Program-made: the position numbers and the translations under genes
Source of the DNA: a virus
Lineage: Duplodnaviria > Caudoviricetes
DNA length: 64,000 nucleotides
Virus record (IMG/VR): IMGVR_UViG_3300027804_000057
Span: 1 to 64,000 of that record
Direction: 5' to 3' (one strand)
Shown: positions 34,801-42,537 of the stretch, piece after piece
Numbering within the stretch: position 1 is the first letter of the stretch
Layout of the letters: every line of letters begins with the position of its first letter
Notes under the pieces: model-generated
What the model was told of the DNA's origin: nothing
The model's input: the letters and a program-made list of their open reading frames with translations, nothing else
The model's database searches: none

Positions 34801-36679
34801 CTATACTATAACACCAAGTTCTACTACAATTTCAGCACAACGTTTCAGTCCATTCAATCCATCATCAGTAACCCCAACAAGTTATAGTGGTTATTTTGAT
34901 GGTACGGGGGATTACTTGACATGGTCTGGTACTACAGTTGGTACAGGAGCAATGACTTTTGAATGCTGGTTTTATTATACAGGTTCTTTTAGCGGAATAT
35001 CATCTTTCATCGGACCGGGTAGTGCTATTACTGGTGGATTAAATTGCAATCTTAATAATTCGACAACATTTTCTTTTGATGCGTATGGCGTAACAGCTAA
35101 TAATTTTACTGTTCCAACAATAGCCGCAAATACTTGGAACCATGTCGCTTTTGTAAGAAATTCAAGCAATGTAGCAACAGTATTTTTTAATGGTGTTAGA
35201 TCAAGTACAGGAACAGTATCAGATACATACAGTTATACAACTTCTGCCGCTATTGGATACACAGGTGGAGTAGTCCCGAGAAATTGGATTGGATATATTT
35301 CCAACGCAAGATTGGTTGTTGGGTCTAATGTTTACGACCCAACCTTAACAACGATTACTGTCCCAACAACTCCGTTAACCGCTATCGCAAATACAAGTTT
35401 ATTAACATTACAATCACCAACATTTATTGATAACAGTACAAACAACTTTACGATTACTGCATTTGGTAATAGTCAACCAAGACAACAAAACCCATTCGGT
35501 TATACAAGTACAACAACTAATGGCTATACACCAAGTACAATTGGCGGTAGTGTTTACTTTGACGGTACTGGTGATTATTTAAGTATTCCTGCCGGTACGT
35601 ACCTGCAATTTACAGGTAATTACACTATAGAATTTTGGATATATTTTACAAGTGTATCGGGTGACCAAGATTTAGTTTCAAATTATGTGTCTAATACATC
35701 TGCGGATTGGACTATTGTTTTATCTACAACATTCCAATATTATCCAAGTAGTGCTGCTTCAGCTGTCGTCGGACCGACTGCAATTGCTAATAGATGGTAT
35801 CATTTTGCAGCAGTTAGATCCGGGACAACTTGTTCTATGTATATTGACGGCGTATCAGTTGGCACGCCATTAACTTTCTCGGGAACATTGGGCGATGCAA
35901 CAAGACCAGCATATATAGGTTCAAGAGGTGGTAGTAGTAATTTTACACGTGGTTATATGTCAGATGTCCGAATTACAAAATCTGCACTATACACAAGTAA
36001 CTTTGTACCACCTGCACAACCACTACTCGCAGTACAAAATACAGTATCATTACTTAATATGACCAGTGCTGGTATCTACGATGCCGCAATGATGACTACA
36101 ATGGAAACACTAGGTGATGCAAAACTAAGTACAGCAGTAACTAAGTTTGGTTCTAGTAGTATGAGTTTTGATGGTACTGGGGATTATTTAAAAGCACCCT
36201 ACAATCCAGCATACTCGTTACCCGGAGACTTTACGGTAGAAACATGGATTTATTTAACATCGGCTGCAGGAACAGGTAATCAAACTATTGCCTCTTATCA
36301 ATATAATAATTCTGATGGAACAGGAGTTTGGGGATTTTACTTAAACGGATCTGGACCTTACACTCTATATTTTAATACACAAGGTACTAACCATGCTAGT
36401 ACTACTACTGTTGCTATTCCTATTAATACTTGGACACACGTTACTTATTGTAGATCAGGATCCACTGGTAGATTTTTTGTTAATGGTACCATTGTAGGTT
36501 CAAGTGTAGCTGATTCTAGCACATATAGTTCAACTTCAGGATCATTATTCGTTGGTATTATGTCTAACGCATCATCAGCTCCGTTATATGGTTATTTAGA
36601 CGACTTCCGTATTACTAACGGTTATGCACGTTATACAAGTAACTTTACGCCACCAACCACAACATTTAAAATCAAGTAA
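31877..36679 (+). CDS. Multi-domain adhesin: IPT/Ig-like N-terminus plus six LamG/concanavalin-A-like domains (1600 aa)
   Basis: GGETIVINGSGF (IPT-like) and Ig-like LPSGATL motifs, then six repeats of (F)DG.GDYL...FT.E.W...W.H.A.VR...Y.NG...GYIS..R...A.YT..F.PP. Confidence 0.85.
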   Translation: MFNAGVRGKRAKDGVGFLSTAEQFNQKSFLVPTVTSFSVTDVSYVPLDNTAVDTAGGETIVINGSGFAPGATVQVGATTIGSVTFIDQNRLAFTAPALSSGSYTIYVTNSNGGTGILLSGLVYSGLPTYTTTAGTLGTIYETANINTAVVATGDAPITYSVISGTLPSGATLNSNGTITGNAPVDGSSTTYSFTIQASDAQLQDSTRAFTLTINTDVLTWGLANNTVYSLDGGTTMSNVTLSATSSANSNSAVTFAANTLPTGVSLSGNTIFGTPTTEQTVYSTLTATATQTGRTATRFVSWVVSVSDLFFKYNTLAIQGADTTFVDDASTNNFAVTINGDTKPNSFNPYTPGYYSNYFDGLGDWLTIPNNTGFAFGSGAFTIEMWVNISGSSGTVANYSNGQTSNSNFSWELYQVNSTTINFSVLEGATQYSSSSASFSLNKWNHIACVRNGNTLTIYVNGVAGGTTANLTGVTVTEPAGSTLKLCSYGNGSSYVTGYISNFRVVKGTAVYTAAFTPSTTPLTAISGTSVLTCQSNRFIDTSTNALTITVTGNTLISSFDPFIPNSSYSTYGSGYFDGTGDYLGLGSNSSSSFGTSNFTVECWVYMTANSSYRMLLGNGTSYLCVVDGALNAFYTGVSISSTSTVPLNTWTHVAFVRSSGTMYFYINGILSGSGAFGGTWGAIGVSNIGFSAAYPGLYFYTGYISDLRIVKETAVYTTAFTPPSAPLTAIANTSLLTLQNNQSVNNSVFLDNSTNNFLVTRNGNATQGTFSPYGGNWSNYFGGQMVSTLSPSSTKFNLTGDFTLEAYVFLTALPGGDWGILDARTAGASPTSWLFGFNGSGKMQYYDGTARVGATTITLNTWHHVSWVRNGSVLRAYLNGVLDYYNGSYGTSAISPGSTAPVIGTKDYGISAAWGTTGYISNLRVVNGTAVYTTSSTTVGTTIFTPSTTPLTPIANTTLLTCADSRFIDDSINNYTITPSSTTISAQRFSPFNPSSVTPTSYSGYFDGTGDYLTWSGTTVGTGAMTFECWFYYTGSFSGISSFIGPGSAITGGLNCNLNNSTTFSFDAYGVTANNFTVPTIAANTWNHVAFVRNSSNVATVFFNGVRSSTGTVSDTYSYTTSAAIGYTGGVVPRNWIGYISNARLVVGSNVYDPTLTTITVPTTPLTAIANTSLLTLQSPTFIDNSTNNFTITAFGNSQPRQQNPFGYTSTTTNGYTPSTIGGSVYFDGTGDYLSIPAGTYLQFTGNYTIEFWIYFTSVSGDQDLVSNYVSNTSADWTIVLSTTFQYYPSSAASAVVGPTAIANRWYHFAAVRSGTTCSMYIDGVSVGTPLTFSGTLGDATRPAYIGSRGGSSNFTRGYMSDVRITKSALYTSNFVPPAQPLLAVQNTVSLLNMTSAGIYDAAMMTTMETLGDAKLSTAVTKFGSSSMSFDGTGDYLKAPYNPAYSLPGDFTVETWIYLTSAAGTGNQTIASYQYNNSDGTGVWGFYLNGSGPYTLYFNTQGTNHASTTTVAIPINTWTHVTYCRSGSTGRFFVNGTIVGSSVADSSTYSSTSGSLFVGIMSNASSAPLYGYLDDFRITNGYARYTSNFTPPTTTFKIK

Positions 36680-36680
36680 A

Positions 36681-36688
36681 GATAAATA
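36681..36688 (+). promoter_or_regulatory. Putative late promoter GATAAATA
   Basis: 7/8 match, intergenic, 4 nt before the ATG at 36693. Confidence 0.5.
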
Positions 36689-36692
36689 GTAC

Positions 36693-36956
36693 ATGGCACT
36701 AACAAAAATACAACCAGCAAACTTAGACTCAGCCAATGACTTCTCTTCATTGGTGACCTCAGTATTCTTAATTGCTAACTCTGCTTATCAAACTGCAAAC
36801 ACTGCATCCACCAATTATTTTCCGGCCGGAGATTATGGTTCCGTTGTACCTGCTGCAGGAACTTTAGACGAAGAAACCGTTGTTACATATGATTTGAAGA
36901 CAGAACCTTCAACGCCAGCAAATTACTTTCTAGAGTTGGACTTTGGACCACTCTAA
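36693..36956 (+). CDS. Small fibre-related protein (87 aa)
   Basis: MALTKI start, one ANSAYQTANTA heptad stretch, DYG/DFG motifs. Confidence 0.55.
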   Translation: MALTKIQPANLDSANDFSSLVTSVFLIANSAYQTANTASTNYFPAGDYGSVVPAAGTLDEETVVTYDLKTEPSTPANYFLELDFGPL

Positions 36957-36957
36957 A

Positions 36958-36965
36958 CATAAATA
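36958..36965 (+). promoter_or_regulatory. Putative late promoter CATAAATA
   Basis: 7/8 match, intergenic, upstream of the AAGGA SD and the ATG at 36988. Confidence 0.6.
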
Positions 36966-36987
36966 GAATATAAAAAAGGACTTTTAA

Positions 36988-38862
36988 ATGCCAACACAGA
37001 TACAATTAAGAAGAGGTAGTACTGTACAAACGTCTACCTTTACTGGCGCAGCAGGTGAGATTACAGTAGATACCGATAAGAAAGTAGTTGTTGTACACGA
37101 TGGTTCTTCTGCTGGTGGTATTCCTCTTGCACGTGGTAATCATGCACAAGCTGCGTTTGATGCGGCCAATACTACATCAACTGGTGCAACTTCTGCTGGT
37201 TCGTATGCCAACTCTGCTTACTCAACGGCAAACACGGCTGCAACCAATGCTTTATCTGCTGGTGTATATGCTAATGCAGCCTTTTCAGCTGCCAACAATG
37301 CAGTAGATACATGGGTTAGAAATGCCGCAAACTCAGCAAGTTCTTATGCCAATGGTGCTTTTGCAGTGGCCAACACCAAGTTCTCATCAACCGGTGGCAC
37401 TATTTCTGGTGACGTTGTTATCACTGGTAACTTGAGTGTATCGGGCAACGTATTCCAAGTTGACGCAACAAATCTAAGCGTTGAAGATAATATGATTTAT
37501 CTTAACGCAAATAATACCGTGGCGAATCCTGACCTTGGTTTTGCTGGTAACTACAACGATGGTGCTTATCACCACGCAGGTATGTTCCGTGATGCCACCG
37601 ATGGAATATGGAAGTTCTTTTATAATTACGATCCTGAACCAGATGCATCACCTTATATTGACACAAGTCATGCATCATTTAGAATTGCCAACATTACGGC
37701 TAATTTGATTACTGACGTTGCGACTATCCGTGGTTACGATCCAATCAATCATTCTAATGCCGCTTATGCACAAGCTAATGCCGCATATAACGCAGCCAAT
37801 AACTCAACTGATACGTGGGTTCGTAACGCAACCAATGCCGCAAGTTCGTATGCCAACTCTGCATATGCTGTTGCGAATACTGGTAATACGACTGCAACTT
37901 CAGCTTCTAGTTATGCCAACTCAGCATATCTACAGGCAAATACTGCTACGACAAATGCGGCAACTGCTGACCAACGTGCGGTAACTTCTGGTGTTTATGC
38001 CAATGCTGCCTATGGTGTTGCAAACTCCGCAAGTTCTTATGCCAACGGTGCTTTCACACAGGCAAACTCTGCATTCAATAACGGTACTTCTGCGTCTTCG
38101 TATGCCAATGGTGCATTCTCTGCAGCTAATGCAGCCAGTTCTTATGCCAACTCTGCATATGCAAAGGCCAATACAGCTGGCGGTGGTTCAGGACTATTCA
38201 ACTCTGCAATTAACGTAGCAACTGGTTACGCAATCACAAGTTCTTTGGCCAATGCCGTTGTATTCACTGCAAATGCCACAATTTATTCTATCTACGTAAC
38301 AAACATTGGTCCAGATGTTAATGCTGCCGTGACTGTTACTGCTGACTTTACACCAACAGGTTCTTCTGCAAACGTTTCTTTGTTTAGAAATATTCCAATT
38401 CCATCTCGTTCTTCTGTAGAGATGTTGAAGAAACCACAAGTTGTTAAGGCAAATGACATTATCAAAATGCAATCGTTTGTCAATGGCACTGCAGCATCTT
38501 CTAATGCACACGTAACTATTGTATATGAAACTACTGCACTATCTTCATATGACAGAGCAACTGCATTGGCTGGTACTGGTTACTCCACACTTTACACTGC
38601 ATCAGGTAGTCCAGCAGTTATTGAGAGTATCAAAGTTGTTAACCAAGACACTGCATTTGGCAACCATGCAATCAGTATTATCTGGTCAAACTCAAGCAAT
38701 ACTATTCAAGGTTACATTGCCAAAGACATTATTTTACCTGCAAACTCAACAATCGAGTTGTGTGAGGCACCAAAATATCTATATGCTGGAGATGAACTAG
38801 ATATCTATTCATCATATGCTAACGTAGTGTCGGTGTTTGTGTCAGCTAAACGTACAGCATAA
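36988..38862 (+). CDS. Fibre protein C (624 aa): Mtd N-terminal-like domain, heptads, type-B knob and two fused adaptor-like domains
   Basis: MPTQIQLRRG...FTGAAGEITVDTDKKVVVVHDG..AGG.PLA matches the major-tropism-determinant N-terminal motif. The C-terminus carries two copies of the adaptor pattern. Confidence 0.75.
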   Translation: MPTQIQLRRGSTVQTSTFTGAAGEITVDTDKKVVVVHDGSSAGGIPLARGNHAQAAFDAANTTSTGATSAGSYANSAYSTANTAATNALSAGVYANAAFSAANNAVDTWVRNAANSASSYANGAFAVANTKFSSTGGTISGDVVITGNLSVSGNVFQVDATNLSVEDNMIYLNANNTVANPDLGFAGNYNDGAYHHAGMFRDATDGIWKFFYNYDPEPDASPYIDTSHASFRIANITANLITDVATIRGYDPINHSNAAYAQANAAYNAANNSTDTWVRNATNAASSYANSAYAVANTGNTTATSASSYANSAYLQANTATTNAATADQRAVTSGVYANAAYGVANSASSYANGAFTQANSAFNNGTSASSYANGAFSAANAASSYANSAYAKANTAGGGSGLFNSAINVATGYAITSSLANAVVFTANATIYSIYVTNIGPDVNAAVTVTADFTPTGSSANVSLFRNIPIPSRSSVEMLKKPQVVKANDIIKMQSFVNGTAASSNAHVTIVYETTALSSYDRATALAGTGYSTLYTASGSPAVIESIKVVNQDTAFGNHAISIIWSNSSNTIQGYIAKDIILPANSTIELCEAPKYLYAGDELDIYSSYANVVSVFVSAKRTA

Positions 38863-38872
38863 GAGAATCAAC

Positions 38873-39829
38873 ATGGCAATCAGTGGAATATTATCATCTC
38901 AGAATCATTACAACCAGAGGGTTAGTGGTTCATGGCCAACTAGTTTTTATGTGTATGCACCTGTTCTTACCCAGAAAGCTATATTTGGATATGGGTTTCA
39001 GTCGAGTGGCGCGTTATCCATGACCAACCTAGTATCAAATACAGGTGTAGTTGATAATGATGTAACTGGTGTAGGTACTGCTAGACGTTATCTAGCGGCA
39101 GCAGGATATGGTAGTGATAAAGCTATATTTGGATATGGACATAGTGGTGTATCACGTATATCGATAACCAATCTAGTATCAAATACAGGTGTAGTTGCTA
39201 GTGATACGGCAGGTGTAGGTACTGGTAGAAGTGACCTAGCGGCTGCCGGTTATGGAAGTTCTGGTCAAGCTATTTTTGGATATGGATTTTCTGATGTAGG
39301 TTATCAATCAGTAACTAATCTAGTATCAAACACAGGTGTCGTTGCTACCGATACAACGGGTGTTGGTACTGCTAGATTTGCACTTGCGGCCGCAGGATAT
39401 GGCGGTGATAAAGCTATATTTGGATATGGATACAGTACTAATATAACCAATCTAGTATCAAATACAGGTGTAGTTGCTAGTGATACGGCAGGTGTTGGTA
39501 CTGCTAGAAGTTATCTCGCAGCCGCAAGGTATGGTAGTGATAAAGCACTATTTGGATATGGTAACAATGGTGGACTTTATCAATCAATAACCAATCTAGT
39601 ATCAAACACAGGTGTTGTTTCTACTGATACTGCAGGTGTCGGTACTGCTAGAAGTTCTTTAGCAGCCGCAGGTTATGGTGGTGATAAAGCTATATTTGGA
39701 TATGGAAATGGCGGATCAAATACATCAGTAACCAATCTAGTATCAAACACTGGTGTAGTTGCTACTAATACCGCTGGTGTTGGTACTGCTAGACAAGGCC
39801 TTGCAGCTGCTGGTTTTTCACTAACATAA
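38873..39829 (+). CDS. Six-repeat Kelch-like beta-propeller protein, paralog 1
   Basis: Likely start MAISG at 38873, downstream of the fibre C stop. Six repeats of KAIFGYG-x-TNLVSNTGVV..DT.GVGTAR-xx-LAAAGYG.D follow a leader ending GSWPT. Confidence 0.75.
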   Translation: MAISGILSSQNHYNQRVSGSWPTSFYVYAPVLTQKAIFGYGFQSSGALSMTNLVSNTGVVDNDVTGVGTARRYLAAAGYGSDKAIFGYGHSGVSRISITNLVSNTGVVASDTAGVGTGRSDLAAAGYGSSGQAIFGYGFSDVGYQSVTNLVSNTGVVATDTTGVGTARFALAAAGYGGDKAIFGYGYSTNITNLVSNTGVVASDTAGVGTARSYLAAARYGSDKALFGYGNNGGLYQSITNLVSNTGVVSTDTAGVGTARSSLAAAGYGGDKAIFGYGNGGSNTSVTNLVSNTGVVATNTAGVGTARQGLAAAGFSLT

Positions 39830-39832
39830 ATA
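39825..39832 (+). promoter_or_regulatory. Putative late promoter CATAAATA
   Basis: 7/8 match overlapping the paralog 1 stop, upstream of the GAGG SD and the ATG at 39863. Confidence 0.55.
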
Positions 39833-39862
39833 CATATTTAAACATTATTATGAGGAATCATT

Positions 39863-40531
39863 ATGGCATCAAATCTAAACTCTGAATTCAACTATCGTTA
39901 TCAAGTTATTGGTAGCACACCATGGGAAAAAATTAAAACTCTACAAGGCTTCTTAGTCGGTAGAAAACGTGCAGCGGTACTAGAAGAATGTGGCGAACTT
40001 AAATATCGAGCTAAACTTGAAGAATTGAAACATCTAAAAGAAGTACCTGCATTACCACATATTATTCTTAACTTACAAGCAGAAATTATTGAACTAGAAT
40101 CACACTTAGATGACCAAAAACATGCTTTTGAATTGAATCGTAAAGAGATTAAAATATTGGAAAAACTAATGGCTGAACTCTATGCTGAAGTCGAACCAAC
40201 AAGACTTAAGCATGAAGACGGTACACCTTATACTGATGACGAAATGTTTGAAGCTAATGCTAACTATGAATTCACGGTAACTATTGGTCGTGAGATTCAA
40301 TCGGAAATTATTGCTTTGGGAAGACCTAGTCCAGCTAAACTATTAAATGCAATGAGTAATCCACAGACATTAGAATCATTGATGCAAATTGGTCTTGTAC
40401 CACAAGGTACTATGTTACTAGAGCAGAAAGATATTATGTTACAATTAACTAATCAACGAACTGCTACAATGGAACCACCAAAAGAATTAGGTACATCTGT
40501 TCCTAAAAAGAAAACAAAGAAAAAGATGTAG
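39863..40531 (+). CDS. Hypothetical charged helical/coiled-coil protein (222 aa)
   Basis: Clean ORF with SD. Glu/Lys/Leu-rich helical composition unlike the flanking fibre genes; basic C-terminal tail. Confidence 0.7.
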   Translation: MASNLNSEFNYRYQVIGSTPWEKIKTLQGFLVGRKRAAVLEECGELKYRAKLEELKHLKEVPALPHIILNLQAEIIELESHLDDQKHAFELNRKEIKILEKLMAELYAEVEPTRLKHEDGTPYTDDEMFEANANYEFTVTIGREIQSEIIALGRPSPAKLLNAMSNPQTLESLMQIGLVPQGTMLLEQKDIMLQLTNQRTATMEPPKELGTSVPKKKTKKKM

Positions 40532-40568
40532 TTGTACTAATCAGTAACAACACAACAGGGTAAAACAA

Positions 40569-41528
40569 ATGAGTCTTTTAAACGATATTTTTTCGCTGCG
40601 CCAGATGAATGACCTGAGAGCAGATGGGTTGTGGCCGACTAGTGTTTATGTAGCACTTACCGGCACACAGAAAGCTATATTTGGATATGGATTTAATAAT
40701 AATAATCTCTCAATTACCAACCTAGTAACTAATACTGGTGTTGTTGGTAATGATGTTACAGGAGTCGGTACTGCTAGAAGGGCTCTAGCAGCCGCAGGGT
40801 ATGGTGGTGATAAGGCCATATTTGGATATGGGACTGGTGCTCCATTCGCTGTCTCAATGACCAACCTAGTATCAAATACCGGTGTAGTTGCTAGTGATAC
40901 TGCTGGAGTAGGAACTGCTAGAAGTGTATTAGCAGCCGCAGGTTATGGTACTGATAAAGCTATATTTGGATATGGAACTGGCGGGCCAAATACATCAGTA
41001 ACCAATCTAGTATCAAACACAGGTGTAGTTGCTAGTGATACTACAGGTGTTGGTACTGCTAGAGGTTATTTAGCAGCCGCAGGTTATGGTGGTGATAAAG
41101 CTATATTTGGATATGGAAATGGCGGATCAAATACATCAGTAACCAATCTAGTATCTAATACAGGGGTAGTTGCTACTGATACTGCAGGTGTAGGTACAGG
41201 TAGATTAGAATTAGCAGCCGCAAGTTATGGGACTGATAAAGCTATATTCGGATATGGTGGAACCACTGTAAATGTATCATTAACCAACAAAGTCTCAAAC
41301 ACCGGTGTTGTCGCCACTGATACAACAGGGGTTGGTACTGAAAGAAAAGCACTTGCGGCTGCAGGTTATGGCACAGATAAGGCTATTTTTGGATATGGTG
41401 GTAATAGTTCTGGCACATTATATTCAATGACCAATCTAGTATCAAACACAGGTGTAGTAGCAACTGATACCGCAGGTGTCGGTACTGCTAGATATTATCT
41501 AGCAGCCGCTGGATATTCATTAAGTTAA
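40569..41528 (+). CDS. Six-repeat Kelch-like beta-propeller protein, paralog 2
   Basis: Leader ending GLWPT, then six copies of the same ~46-aa repeat. Confidence 0.75.
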   Translation: MSLLNDIFSLRQMNDLRADGLWPTSVYVALTGTQKAIFGYGFNNNNLSITNLVTNTGVVGNDVTGVGTARRALAAAGYGGDKAIFGYGTGAPFAVSMTNLVSNTGVVASDTAGVGTARSVLAAAGYGTDKAIFGYGTGGPNTSVTNLVSNTGVVASDTTGVGTARGYLAAAGYGGDKAIFGYGNGGSNTSVTNLVSNTGVVATDTAGVGTGRLELAAASYGTDKAIFGYGGTTVNVSLTNKVSNTGVVATDTTGVGTERKALAAAGYGTDKAIFGYGGNSSGTLYSMTNLVSNTGVVATDTAGVGTARYYLAAAGYSLS

Positions 41529-41539
41529 AAGAGTAAAAA

Positions 41540-42502
41540 ATGGCAGAAACAAATATTACAGGCCCACTTTGGGGTTACGAACAACGAAGCAGAAGACTTG
41601 CTGGCTTGTGGCCGACTAGTGTTTATGTAGCACTTACCGGCACACAGAAAGCTATATTTGGATTTGGATCTACTGGCTCTAACTCAAATTTGACCAACCT
41701 AGTATCAAACACAGGTGTAGTTGGAAATGACGTCACTGGTGTTGGTAGTGCTAGAACTAATTTAGCAGCTGCAGGTTATGGTGGTGATAAGGCAATTTTT
41801 GGATATGGATATATATCTTCCGGTGGGCCCACTTATAGCAACCTAGTATCAAATACAGGTGTAGTTGCTACTGATACTGCTAGGGTTGGTACTAATAGAT
41901 ATCAACTAGCGGCCGCCGGTTATGGAACTGATAAAGCTATTTTTGGATATGGAATTAATGCATCAACTGGTAACGGTTCCTCAATAACCAATCTAGTATC
42001 AAACACAGGTGTAGTTGCAAGTGATACTTCAGGTGTTGGTAGTGCTAGAGATAGACTTGCGGCTGCAGGTTATGGAACTGATAAAGCTATTTTTGGATAT
42101 GGTGCTGCTCCAAATGCCGCATCAATGACCAATCTAGTATCAAACACAGGTGTAGTTGCAAGTGATACTTCAGGTGTTGGTAGTGCTAGGACAGGCCTTG
42201 CGGCCGCTGGATACGGAATTGATAAAGCTATTTTTGGATATGGCCGTACTACTGTCAATGTATCAATAACCAATCTAGTATCAAATCTCGGAGTAGTTGC
42301 TACTGATACTACAGGTGTTGGTACTGTTAGGCAATCATTAGCCGCCGCTGGATATGGGGGTGATAAAGCAATTTTTGGATATGGCAACCCTGCCACATCT
42401 ATAACCAATCTAGTATCAAACACAGGTGTGGTAGCAAGTGATACTGCAGGTGTCGGTACAGCTAGATTTGGATTAGCAGCCGCAGGTTATTCATTAAGTT
42501 AA
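41540..42502 (+). CDS. Six-repeat Kelch-like beta-propeller protein, paralog 3
   Basis: Leader ending GLWPT, six repeats. Shares 58 identical bp at the 5' end and 24 identical bp across the stop with paralog 2. Confidence 0.75.
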   Translation: MAETNITGPLWGYEQRSRRLAGLWPTSVYVALTGTQKAIFGFGSTGSNSNLTNLVSNTGVVGNDVTGVGSARTNLAAAGYGGDKAIFGYGYISSGGPTYSNLVSNTGVVATDTARVGTNRYQLAAAGYGTDKAIFGYGINASTGNGSSITNLVSNTGVVASDTSGVGSARDRLAAAGYGTDKAIFGYGAAPNAASMTNLVSNTGVVASDTSGVGSARTGLAAAGYGIDKAIFGYGRTTVNVSITNLVSNLGVVATDTTGVGTVRQSLAAAGYGGDKAIFGYGNPATSITNLVSNTGVVASDTAGVGTARFGLAAAGYSLS

Positions 42503-42537
42503 AAGAGTAAATACATAAACAATACAAAGGAAACAAA

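Larger units (their letters stand above)
38976..42500 (+). repeat. 18 coding repeats of ~130-150 bp (propeller blades) with a conserved scaffold and variable segments
   Basis: Recurring aaagctatatttggatatgg, accaatctagtatcaaacacaggtgtagttgc and ggtactgctaga; an 87-bp exact match between 39658-39744 and 41069-41155. Confidence 0.9.

Noticed and set aside
38976-42500. CRISPR-like array (conserved repeat plus variable spacer)
   Set aside because: The units are ~130-150-bp in-frame protein repeats inside long ORFs, with no short palindromic repeat, no leader and no cas genes.
38873-42502. Classical diversity-generating retroelement acting on the propellers
   Set aside because: No reverse transcriptase or non-coding template repeat in the window, and the variable loops differ in length, which adenine-directed substitution does not produce. 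An RT elsewhere in the genome cannot be excluded.
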